A stretch of DNA of 64,000 nt from an uncultured Acidobacteriota bacterium (GTDB taxonomy: Bacteria > Acidobacteriota > Blastocatellia > RBC074). Made by a program: the position numbers and the translations under genes. Below the pieces are notes generated by a model. It was given only the letters and a program-made list of their open reading frames with translations, had not been told where the DNA came from and made no database searches. Positions 39,667 to 49,127 of the stretch are shown here, piece after piece; the first letter of the stretch is position 1, and each line of letters starts with the position of its first letter. The stretch is taken from positions 1,088,001 through 1,152,000 of the forward strand of contig CAWCKY010000001.1 in NCBI GenBank assembly GCA_963796275.1, read 5' to 3'.

Positions 39667-42468
39667 TTAGAAGTTGATCTTCAAGCCAAACCGCACCAGG
39701 CGCGGGTTCAATATCCTGCTCGGACGCTGGTAGGCGGGGCCGAAGGCAGTCACCATACTCGTGACCGCGTTGCCGTTCCCGAGGTTGAAGATATCTACCA
39801 GCGGCTCGATGCGCAGCGACTCGCCATATTTGAATATCTTGCCGAAGCGCAGGTCGACTATGTCAACGCTATCGAATCGCAAATCGCCGCGTGGCAACAG
39901 CGCCACGGTCACCGTGTTCTGGTTGAGCGGCGTCGTCGGGCTGTTGCCAAAGACGTTGGTCGGCTGCACTGGCTGCCCGGTGAAGTGGCGGTAGTTGAGG
40001 CTGGTCGTGATCCCATACGGAAACTCGTAGGTGCCGGCCAGTTTTGTCACGTAGGTTGCGTCCAGGTCCAGATAATTATCGGCGCGGTTGATGTCCAGGT
40101 TCGGATTGTTGAAATCGTCGCCCAGACCGCGATCAAAAAGCCCCTTGTTGCGCTGGATGGTCAGCCCGGCCAAAAGCTGCCAGCGGGCACTCATCCGCTT
40201 GACGGCCGTGAACTCCACGCCGTGATAGGCATTGTCGTCCAACTCCTCAATATTCGTATAGAGGAAATCGGCGCGCCCCACGGTCCCCGCGCTCTGGTTG
40301 AAGATCGTCAATGGCTGATTGGTCAACGGATTGGTCGTTTGCACCGGCGCATACTGATCCCGCGGGACAGCCATATTGCGGCGGCTGATCAGTTGCTTAT
40401 GTGTCCTGTAGAAGTAATGCACTCCGATCCGCAGATCGCGATAAATCTGCTGCTCGTAACTGATACCGACTTGATCGGAGTAGGGGCGCTGCAAATCGGG
40501 ATCGATGCGCGAGACAATACCACCGAAGCGTCCCGTCACCGCGCCGAATTCCCCCGGCTGTGGGATCCGATCTCCGTTGGGATCGGTCCAGACGCGGCTC
40601 TCACCACCGAGGTTATTTGGGTTGACTGCTTCCGCCAGACGCGACCCTTCCACCAGGTAGAAGCGGCTGAAACTCCCTCGCAGCACACCCCGGCCTTTGC
40701 CGAAGAGATCGATGGCCGCCCCGAGGCGCGGTGAGACGTCGTTCCACGCGATCAGATCCGCCGTCCGTTGAAATGAGCGTTCCGGGAAATAGATTCCCGC
40801 CGGACTCTGCTGTTCCGGATTGAAGCTGACGAAGCGGTCGTAGCGCAGGCCGGCGTTGATCGTGACCCGGCCGAGCGTCCAGGCATCCTGGAGGAAGACG
40901 GCGCTTTGATGCGCGATACTGTTGGCGCGCACTGGCGCGTTGAGCAGGTCGACGCGGAGCGGAACGTTGTTGTTGAAGAAGACGTTAATCGCACCATTGG
41001 CATCGAACCAGTTGCCGTTTCGGAAGGTCCCCCACTCGAAACCGGCGCGGAAATTGTGCGTCCCGGATTTAGAGGCGCCGGCGAAGTAGGAAGCGGTCGA
41101 AGCAACTTGCCAATGCTGCGCCGGATTCAAGAAACTGTTTTGCGCCGCCCCGGTCAATGTCGAGAGCGTCACATCCGCGATCGAGAGATCGCCAGGCTTG
41201 ACGGTCGGCTGGTAGCTGAGTGGGAAGAGCAGATGCATATAGCCGATACGCGAATCGACCGAGAGCTTCGACGTAGGGAACGTCACCCACTGTCCGGTCA
41301 GGATGTAGGCTGGCTCGATCTGCAGCGCGGCGGCCTGATCATCTACAAACTCGAAGGCAGCGCTGCGCCGGAAGAAGCGGTTCTGACCGTTGTAGAGCCA
41401 ATTGAAGTTCAGCTTGTTCTTGGGTGTGAGCGCATAATCCAGCCGCAGGGTGGTATCGGTCTGATGGTTTATGTCGGCGACGTTGCCGCCCGTGCGCCGG
41501 CGCACGCTGAGCACGCTTTCGTTTATGTCATAGCGCCGGTAAGAGCCGAACCACCAGAAGCGATCCTTAATGAACGGGCCGCCCGCGTTAATAGTCGTGT
41601 CGCGCAGCATGTTGATCGGCAAACCGACGAGGATGCCCTGGCCGCGCAGATCACCGGGAATGTTATCGCTATTGAGCGCGCGCGTGGTGTAATAGCCGGC
41701 TGCGCTGCCGTGAATCCGGTTGCCACCAGAGCGTATGACATTGTTCATGTAGGTTCCGCCAACCCCGACCTCGGCCGGAGCATGATCGGAGACGACTTGA
41801 AACTCCCCTAGTGAATCGTGATCGAAATAGAAGGCCGTGAAGCCACCGCTGCCACCGGGCCAGTTCATATTCAGGCCGTTGACCGCATAGACGTGCTGTC
41901 CGGACCGACTGCCGTGAATAGACATACTGGCCTGTTGATAGCTCTCTGATCCGCCTACGTCGTAGGTTGTCAGTGTCGCTCCCGGCGCCTGGGCGACGGT
42001 CGACCAGGTGTCGCGACCGCTCGGGATATCCTGCAACATCGAAAGATCGAAGCTGGTGGCGTTCGAAACCCCTTTCACATCTACCACTGGGGGAGCGCCC
42101 GAGACGGTGACCGTGGTTTCCAGCGCGCCTACTTCCAGCGTGATGTTGACCGTCGCTGTGAAGCCCGCATTGACCACTATCCCTTTGTGCAAAGCGGTCT
42201 TGAAGCCATTCATACTGACTGTCAAGTCGTAGGCGCCCGGGGGGAGGGCCTCGAACAGGTAGGCACCGTTTTCAAGCGTCCCGGCCTCGCGCTTACCCAT
42301 GAGCGTGGCACCCTCGACCATCACCGTCGCACCGGGGATTGCCGCTCCGCCGGCGTCAGTAATCGCACCGGTGATCTTTCCGTGGACAGCGACCTGCGCG
42401 CAAATAGTGGTGGCGCCGTACAGCAGGCCCGCGCAGACTAATAGAATCTGACAGGGACGTGATTTCAT
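39667..42468 (-). CDS. TonB-dependent receptor (Oar-like, carboxypeptidase-regulatory N-domain)
   Basis: Signal peptide; G.ITDAGGAAIPGATV; FLQDAW, GLRYD, SPRLG; C-terminal PR.VRFGLKINF. Confidence 0.9.
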   Translation of the reverse strand: MKSRPCQILLVCAGLLYGATTICAQVAVHGKITGAITDAGGAAIPGATVMVEGATLMGKREAGTLENGAYLFEALPPGAYDLTVSMNGFKTALHKGIVVNAGFTATVNITLEVGALETTVTVSGAPPVVDVKGVSNATSFDLSMLQDIPSGRDTWSTVAQAPGATLTTYDVGGSESYQQASMSIHGSRSGQHVYAVNGLNMNWPGGSGGFTAFYFDHDSLGEFQVVSDHAPAEVGVGGTYMNNVIRSGGNRIHGSAAGYYTTRALNSDNIPGDLRGQGILVGLPINMLRDTTINAGGPFIKDRFWWFGSYRRYDINESVLSVRRRTGGNVADINHQTDTTLRLDYALTPKNKLNFNWLYNGQNRFFRRSAAFEFVDDQAAALQIEPAYILTGQWVTFPTSKLSVDSRIGYMHLLFPLSYQPTVKPGDLSIADVTLSTLTGAAQNSFLNPAQHWQVASTASYFAGASKSGTHNFRAGFEWGTFRNGNWFDANGAINVFFNNNVPLRVDLLNAPVRANSIAHQSAVFLQDAWTLGRVTINAGLRYDRFVSFNPEQQSPAGIYFPERSFQRTADLIAWNDVSPRLGAAIDLFGKGRGVLRGSFSRFYLVEGSRLAEAVNPNNLGGESRVWTDPNGDRIPQPGEFGAVTGRFGGIVSRIDPDLQRPYSDQVGISYEQQIYRDLRIGVHYFYRTHKQLISRRNMAVPRDQYAPVQTTNPLTNQPLTIFNQSAGTVGRADFLYTNIEELDDNAYHGVEFTAVKRMSARWQLLAGLTIQRNKGLFDRGLGDDFNNPNLDINRADNYLDLDATYVTKLAGTYEFPYGITTSLNYRHFTGQPVQPTNVFGNSPTTPLNQNTVTVALLPRGDLRFDSVDIVDLRFGKIFKYGESLRIEPLVDIFNLGNGNAVTSMVTAFGPAYQRPSRILNPRLVRFGLKINF

Positions 42469-42645
42469 GATCCCCTCCTCGAAATGAATTTTGGAAATTA
42501 CTCGCGCGCTAACGGATTTCGTGATTGCGAAAGATATTAAAACAAAGGGTGCTTAGCAGTTATGATCTTATAAATGCGTATGTGCGGTCTAATGGTCGGT
42601 ATATATACCATCATGGCTGGATGAATGGAAGGGTGATCTCAACGC

Positions 42646-42790
42646 AGTGCTGTAGGGGGAGCGTGGTTGATCCAAAAACTCTGTCGCCCATTTCATGGGC
42701 TTGATCAATTTATCATGACTCACCCAGGGTTCCGGCTTTCGCCTCCACCCTGGGCTTTATCCTATCGTCCGCTTCGCGGGCTACAGCACT
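42646..42790. repeat. REP/MITE-like palindromic element
   Basis: 10-bp terminal IR AGTGCTGTAG/CTACAGCACT enclosing hairpins GCCCATTTCATGGGC and CCCAGGGT...ACCCTGGG. Confidence 0.55.
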
Positions 42791-42818
42791 ATCAACAACT
42801 TAGTTTACAGAGCACTGA

Positions 42819-44017
42819 GTACTTTGGCAACTAAGTCTTCAGATATCTTGAATTATCGGGCAAAACGTTCTGATAATGACGATTCAATTTGTTTCTCGCA
42901 GACTCGATCGAAAATTGCCAGTTGATTTTGATCTTCTTTTCGTTACGTTCTTTGATAATCGCCGAGACATCTCTCTCCAGTTGCTTAATAGTCGGGATGC
43001 GCCGGTTTAAACACTGACGCGCCACCGCCGAGAATTCACACTCGATCATGTTGAGCCAACTGGCAGACTTGGGCGTATAGTGAAACTCGAAACGTTGCGC
43101 CAGCGCAAAGGCCTCCGCCGCCGGCAAGTTTTGATAGAAGGAACCGGCGTGGTGGGTGTTTAAATTGTCCAGCACGAGTCGAATCTTTTTGGCCTCCGGA
43201 TATGCTGCTGCCAGTCTCTGAGCGAACTGCGTGAACTCTTTCTTAGTACGTTGCCAAGAGACCTGCGCGAGTCTTTGCCCGGTCAGTGGTTCGATGGCAG
43301 CTAGCACTGCACACGATCCGTTCTTCTGATAAGCGTAATGCTCTTTGCGGACTTGGCCGCTTTGCATCGCCAGCGGTTCAACCTCCTCCCCGATCAAGAA
43401 GCACGGGCGCTCGTCGAAGCAGACCACCGGGTAGTTTGGATCATAGGCCAGCGCATACAACCGGAGAATCTCCTCCATTTGCGCGAGAAACTTCGCGTCG
43501 ATCTTACCAAGACACCAAGTCTTGTTGAGGTGCGGTTTCAGTTCGTTTTTTTCAGGATGTTGCCAATATGGGTCTTGGATATCTCTTCGCAATAACCCAT
43601 CTCGACCACCTTATCGGCCAACAACCGCAAAGTCCAACGCACATGCCCTTCGGGCGCTTCGCTGCAGGCCAAGGCTGTGATCTTCGCTCGCAACTTGCCG
43701 TCGATCTCCGGCGGACGTCCCGACCGCGGGGCATCTTCCAGGCACTTGAGGCCTTGCTCTTTGTACTTATCACGCCAGGCCATGACCGTCACTCGGCTGA
43801 CGCCGAGGGTTTCGGCTACCGCTTCGAGTGTCTTGCCGCGATCAAGTTCGAGCAAGCCCGTGGCTCGCTTGAAAGTTTTGGCCGGTAATTTCCCCTTGGA
43901 GATCAGGGACTCCAGATAGTCCCGGTCTTTTGCTTTTAATTTGACGTGCCGTTTTTTCATTTTCCCATGCTCTGGGAATGGTGATCCGCGTGTCAAATCA
44001 CATAGTTGCCAAAGTAC
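42819..44017 (-). mobile_element. IS630-family insertion sequence, 1199 bp
   Basis: Perfect 15-bp IR GTACTTTGGCAACTA (42819-42833 and 44003-44017), flanked by TGA on both sides (empty site CTGAG). Confidence 0.9.
42831..43996 (-). CDS. IS630 transposase (HTH ORF + DDE ORF joined by a frameshift at an A7 run)
   Basis: ORF 43538-43996 HTH (DAPRSGRP, RWTLRLLA); ORF 42831-43592 DDE (CFDE, LDNLNTH, SWLNMIE); AAAAAAAC in the overlap near 43546-43552. Confidence 0.9.
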
Positions 44018-44359
44018 TGAGCAACTATGATCCTATTTAGTTTTCGAAATAAGTCCCCTGAATGGAGACTGCCAATACATACTTATAAGATTTAGTAATG
44101 TCTGGAAATGTAGCGAAACTGTAGATCACTATCTTCATTTTTCTACTCATAGACACCCCTGATCTGCTTCGGAAGAGCCGGATGTTTGTAGGATTCGATC
44201 CAATCTCTAATCGGCTCCAAGGGCCGGATGTATAATCTACCGCGCCAACCGTTATCGCCTTCACTCCTATGACGCTTTTTACACTGTCACAATCCTATTT
44301 CCGAGCCGCTCGCGAGCGAGTTGATTTGATCGCATCGATTCTGTTAGAAATAAGTTAAC

Positions 44360-44585
44360 TCATTGACGAGGACAGACCCCTCCGAGAGGCTTTCTCGAAA
44401 CGGAAGCTGATATGAACGCATCAGCAGGCCCTAGTAGAGAAAGACGTCACGCTACGAGACAGCGCAAACGAGAGCCGCATCGGTCGGAAGCTGGATGGCA
44501 CCGCCGCAATAAGATTCGAAGGATTTGTGGTTCCAGCGGAAATTCTCCGGATAAACCGGATAACCTGGTAAAAGGATTTTCCGCT
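44360..44585 (+). ncRNA. Translational T-box riboswitch, ultrashort Stem I, Asp (GAC) specifier
   Basis: Stem I GAGG-ACAGACC-CCTC; Stem II CTTTCTC/GAGAAAG with GAA/AGTA S-turn; IIA/B pseudoknot; antisequestrator GCTGGA-TGGCACC-GCCGCAA/TTGTGGT-TCCAGC; sequestrator AGCGGAAA/TTTCCGCT enclosing the RBS. Confidence 0.85.
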
Positions 44586-45899
44586 ATGGAACAAACATTC
44601 AAGCAGCGCGCGCTCATTACTACCCTCGATCAATTCATCGATCAGGAAGTTCTTCTTCGAGGCTGGGTCTACCGGCTTCGCCTCCTGGCCAAAACTACCT
44701 TCATCGTCATCAGAGATTGTTCGGGAGACGCGCAGTGCGTGGCCGAATCCGAATTAATCAAAGACCATCATCTCAAGCTCGATGATTGCATTGAGATACA
44801 GGGGTGCGTCAGGGCCGATCAGCGCTCAAAAGCAGGCTATGAAGTTCTGATTAACCAGGTCAGAGTGTTGAATCGCTCGGCCACCGGTTTACCATTCAAC
44901 TCGTCCTCGAAGATTGAAGCGGTCGGGCAGGAGACCTTGATGGAATACCGTCCTCTGGCGGTTCGCAATGAGGCGATCGGAGATGTGTTTCGGGTTCAGG
45001 CCGCGGCGCTGAATTATTTCAGGGAATATCTGGCGAGCCGGCGCTTCACGGAGATCATCACCTCGAAAATAGTAGCATCCGGGACTGAAGGTGGAACGAA
45101 TCTCTTCGAGCTGAAATATTTCGACCGCGTGGCCTATCTGGCGCAGAGCCCTCAGTTCTACAAGGAGCATGGAGTCGCGGGTTTCGAGCGAGTCTATGAG
45201 ACGGGGCACGTTTACCGTGCGGAGCCTCACGCGAGCAGTCGCCACCTGACCGAGTATTACTCGCTCGATTTCGAGGTCGGGTTCATCGATGGGCCGGAGG
45301 ATGTCATTCAGATCGAGCGAGAGCTACTGTCCTACATCTTCGAGCGACTCAACCAAGAGTACGGACATATTCTTGAGCGGTATAGAGAAAATCCACTCCC
45401 GTCGATGCTCGAAGTTCCGATCTGGGAGTTCGGCCGATGCCTCGAACTTCTGAAAGAAAACTTCGGCCGGACGGATCTGACAGATGACCTCGATCCGGAA
45501 GGGGAGCGGCAGTTATGCGCTCTTGTGGAGAAGGAGGCGGGAGTCGCCGCAGTCTTTGTGATCGGTTATTCGCTCGCTAGCCGGCCTTTTTACACGGCGC
45601 CGCGCGAAACGGGAGGAACGCCAGGGGCGGCGCAAAGCTTCGACCTTTTGTTTCAAGGAGTCGAGATAACGACCGGCGGACAGAGATTACATCGCAGGGA
45701 AGATCTCGAGGCGGCGCTGCGCGGACGCGGGATTGATCCGGTCGGTTTTGAGAGCCATCTCAAAATGTTCGAGCTGGGTATGCCGCCGCATGGCGGGCTC
45801 GCCATCGGGCTCGAACGTCTGACGAGTCAAATCCTCGGACTGCGCAATATACGTGAAGCAACGCTCTATCCGCGTGACCGCTATCGGATAACGCCTTGA
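44586..45899 (+). CDS. aspS: Aspartyl-tRNA synthetase, archaeal/eukaryote-type (possibly non-discriminating)
   Basis: OB-fold (GWV..R...F..IRD), EGG..LF, AYLAQSPQFYK, YRAE...SRHL.E, PPHGG..IGLERL; 437 aa with no bacterial insertion domain; ATG 44586 after AAGGA. Confidence 0.92.
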   Translation: MEQTFKQRALITTLDQFIDQEVLLRGWVYRLRLLAKTTFIVIRDCSGDAQCVAESELIKDHHLKLDDCIEIQGCVRADQRSKAGYEVLINQVRVLNRSATGLPFNSSSKIEAVGQETLMEYRPLAVRNEAIGDVFRVQAAALNYFREYLASRRFTEIITSKIVASGTEGGTNLFELKYFDRVAYLAQSPQFYKEHGVAGFERVYETGHVYRAEPHASSRHLTEYYSLDFEVGFIDGPEDVIQIERELLSYIFERLNQEYGHILERYRENPLPSMLEVPIWEFGRCLELLKENFGRTDLTDDLDPEGERQLCALVEKEAGVAAVFVIGYSLASRPFYTAPRETGGTPGAAQSFDLLFQGVEITTGGQRLHRREDLEAALRGRGIDPVGFESHLKMFELGMPPHGGLAIGLERLTSQILGLRNIREATLYPRDRYRITP

Positions 45900-46039
45900 T
45901 TCAGATAGCGCAAAATAGCTTTATTACGGAGCTAAATCGAAACACGCGAAATTAATTCAGAAGGCAACCACGGATTTTCAAGGATGCGACGGATCAAACA
46001 CGAATTACTGTGATGCAATACCGGGAGCGTAAGCCATTA

Positions 46040-46271
46040 GTATACCAACAAGTCTTTGCGCCGAAGGCGCAGTGGAATGTAGCCGGTGGCGGAGCGAAGC
46101 GGAACCACCGGAAGCGCGCCGAATATGTGACGCGCCCTGGTAGGGGCGCAGGATCCGGCGCCCCTCCGGGACGCAAATTCTCTTTTGATCTATCCCGGTG
46201 GTTACGCTTCGCTCCACCACCGGCTAATTTCGAGCGTCCCTTCGGGACGCAAGGCACCTTTCGTGGTATAC
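46040..46271. repeat. REP-like nested palindromic element between convergent genes
   Basis: Arms TAGCCGGTGGCGGAGCGAAGCGGAACCACCGG (46080-46111) and CCGGTGGTTACGCTTCGCTCCACCACCGGCTA (46195-46226); terminal GTATACCA/TGGTATAC. Confidence 0.65.
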
Positions 46272-46476
46272 GGTTGGTTGGAAGATGTCGGTTATGATTG
46301 AAAAGCATTTGGGCGGCAGAAATTGATTGAGTCCTTTTGCGACCATCGACTGTTGCTTCCGCTTTATAACAAGCCGCTGAGCAGCATAATCGCCAGGCGC
46401 GTGAGCCTCTGAATAGCGTTATGGTCGGAATCGCTTATCAAAGCATCCAGCAAAAGCATCCAGCAATAATGCGGAT

Positions 46477-49005
46477 TCAGTCATACTTCAACGCAATCTT
46501 CGGATCCACTTTTGTAGCTCTCCGCGCAGGGATGTAGCATGCCAGCAATGCCACGGTCGTCAGCAGCAATCCGACCCCTCCGAATGTGATCGGATCGCTC
46601 GCCTTTACTCCATAGAGTAACCCGGACATCAACCTCATCAATGCAAATGAAGCGGCCAGGCCGATGAACACGCCGAGCATTGCCAGCCTCATTCCTTTCT
46701 TTATCACTAATCCGAGAATGTCTCTCGGTCGCGCCCCCAGCGCGACGCGGACTCCGATCTCCACCATATGCTGTGTGACGAAATAAGAGAGCACACCGTA
46801 GGTACCCAAGGTTGCCAGCACCAATGCCAGCCCGGCAAAGACCGTTAGCAATGTCATTCCCATCCGTCGCAGCGCAGTCTCCTCGTCGATAATTTCACCC
46901 ATAGTTGAGATATCGGATACCGGCTGATCCGGATCGACGGCCTGTACCTCTCGGCGGACCGACGGCACTATCTTCGTGGGGTCGATGGAAGTACGAATAA
47001 CCAGATCGCGCGGCCTGAACCATTCGTGGGTTTTGATCTGCCTGTAGGGGATATACATCTCGGCGCTGACCGGAGCATCGAGACCCATTTGCTTGACATC
47101 GGCGACGATACCGACAATCGTCATCCACTCGCTCTCCAAATATGGGTCGTTAACTTTAATCCGTTTCCCCAGCGCGTCTCCATTCACCCGTGTCTCATAT
47201 GTCCCCTCGTTTGTCCCGTTTGTCCCGTTTGCCCCGATTGCCCCGTTTGGCCAATATTGACGTGCCATAGTTTCGTTGATGATCGCGATGGGCATCGATT
47301 GCGCGATGTCACTTTCATTGAAATAACGCCCTCCGCGTAAAGTAATACCCATCGTCTGCAGGTAATCGACGCTGACCTGGCGGTGGTTGGCATCGGATGA
47401 CAACCCTTCGACCTTCATCTCCTTCTCTGAACGGCCCTCGATTGCGATTGCGCTAGTGCCTCCTTTCCACGCCAGAGGTACAGTGGTTGTGTAACCTGCC
47501 GAGACCACGCCCGGAAGCCCCTTCACTCGCTCCAGCACCTGGTCAAAGAAAAATGTACTCATCGCGTGGTCGGCATTTTTTTGTTTTGGCAAAGATGTTT
47601 GCAGCCTGACCAGATTTTCCGGGCGGATGCCTGAATACTGATTACGCAGCTTGTAGAAGGTCTGAATGAGCAAACCTGCTCCCACCAGCAATACCAGCGC
47701 GAGGGCGATTTCCGCGACGACCATTGCGCTTCGCAATAAGTTGCCGCCGATGCCCAATCCGCCGGACCAGCCGGCCTGTTTCAATGTTCGATTTAAATCG
47801 GGTTTCGACGCCTGCAACGCGGGAGCCAGACCGAAGATCATTCCAGTGATCAATGAGATCAATAATGAGTAACCGAGCACTTTCGCGTCGATGCTCAGTT
47901 TGGTCGTGAGCGCCATACCTTCAGGGATCATCTTCTCCAGGAAGGAGAAACTCGCGACGGCGAAGAGCAGCCCGATCATCGCCCCGACAAGGGAGAGCAG
48001 AATGCTTTCTGTCAGTAGTTGCCTCAATATACGCCAGCGGCTTGCGCCGAGCGACGTTCGAATGGCGATCTCCTTCTGGCGGCTGGCCGCGCGCGCGAGC
48101 AGTAGATTGGCGACATTCGCGCATGCTATCAAGAGCACGAATCCGACGGCCGCCAGCAGGATGACCAATGGACGGTTGACATCTCCCGCCAGTTCTTCGC
48201 GAAGCGGAAGAACGTAGGCAGAGATCTTTCCGGCCTCATTGGGATAATCGCGTGCTATCCGCTGCTGGATCGTCTTAATGTCTGAGTCGGCTCGCTCAAT
48301 CGACACCCCCGGCCTTGTACGCCCAACGACGAGCAGATAATTGCTATTGCGATCAACCAATTCCTGCTGCGACATTCCCATTGGAACCCAGAGGTCGATG
48401 AAGTCTTTGATAAATTGAAATCCAGCAGGCATCACCCCGATAACTTTGTGTCCCACGCCGTCGAGCAATATCTCTTTTCCGATTATCCCTCGATCGCCAC
48501 CGAATCGATTCTGCCAAAATTTATAACTTATAACCACGACCCTGTTTGCACCCGGGGCGTCTTCATCGAGTTGAAAGGTGCGCCCCAACATCGGGTTGAC
48601 CCCGAGGACCGGAAAGAAATCCGCGGTCACTCCGTATGCGATGACTCTTTCGGGCCGGACGATGCCGGTCAGATTGAATTCGCGCCAATCGAGCGCCGCC
48701 ATTCTCTCAAAGGTCTGATTCTGCGCTCGCCAGTCGTTGAAGTTTGCAGGCGCCGGCTGGTTTCGCGGGAAACCCGCTGATGTTGCATCTTCCCATACCA
48801 TCCCCAGCTGCTCGGGATTGGGGTAAGCGAGCGGCTTGAGCAAGACCGCATTAACCAGGCTGAAGATCGCCGTATTGGCGCCGATCCCCAGCGCCAGGGA
48901 GAGCACAGCCACTGATGTAAATCCCCGGCTCTTCCACAGCCCACGCCATCCATAACGCATGTCTTGAATCAGCGTACTCATCATCTCCTCCTCTGCTTTG
49001 AGCAA
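46477..49005 (-). CDS. ADOP/MacB-type ABC permease
   Basis: [53 protein letters not shown]; start probably near 48984. Confidence 0.92.
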   Translation of the reverse strand: MLKAEEEMMSTLIQDMRYGWRGLWKSRGFTSVAVLSLALGIGANTAIFSLVNAVLLKPLAYPNPEQLGMVWEDATSAGFPRNQPAPANFNDWRAQNQTFERMAALDWREFNLTGIVRPERVIAYGVTADFFPVLGVNPMLGRTFQLDEDAPGANRVVVISYKFWQNRFGGDRGIIGKEILLDGVGHKVIGVMPAGFQFIKDFIDLWVPMGMSQQELVDRNSNYLLVVGRTRPGVSIERADSDIKTIQQRIARDYPNEAGKISAYVLPLREELAGDVNRPLVILLAAVGFVLLIACANVANLLLARAASRQKEIAIRTSLGASRWRILRQLLTESILLSLVGAMIGLLFAVASFSFLEKMIPEGMALTTKLSIDAKVLGYSLLISLITGMIFGLAPALQASKPDLNRTLKQAGWSGGLGIGGNLLRSAMVVAEIALALVLLVGAGLLIQTFYKLRNQYSGIRPENLVRLQTSLPKQKNADHAMSTFFFDQVLERVKGLPGVVSAGYTTTVPLAWKGGTSAIAIEGRSEKEMKVEGLSSDANHRQVSVDYLQTMGITLRGGRYFNESDIAQSMPIAIINETMARQYWPNGAIGANGTNGTNEGTYETRVNGDALGKRIKVNDPYLESEWMTIVGIVADVKQMGLDAPVSAEMYIPYRQIKTHEWFRPRDLVIRTSIDPTKIVPSVRREVQAVDPDQPVSDISTMGEIIDEETALRRMGMTLLTVFAGLALVLATLGTYGVLSYFVTQHMVEIGVRVALGARPRDILGLVIKKGMRLAMLGVFIGLAASFALMRLMSGLLYGVKASDPITFGGVGLLLTTVALLACYIPARRATKVDPKIALKYD

Positions 49006-49127
49006 TTCACCGCATAATTTGCAAAAATGATCAAAAAATCATGACAATGGCAAAGCCACAATAGGCTGTCCGGTGGGCTATTGATGGCCGATTAAAAATT
49101 TTATGGTGAATCAATCTATTCGATTGT

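Noticed and set aside
44412-44585. 58-aa N-terminal extension of AspRS in the ORF track
   Set aside because: The region is the T-box leader; AspRS homology and the RBS point to ATG 44586.
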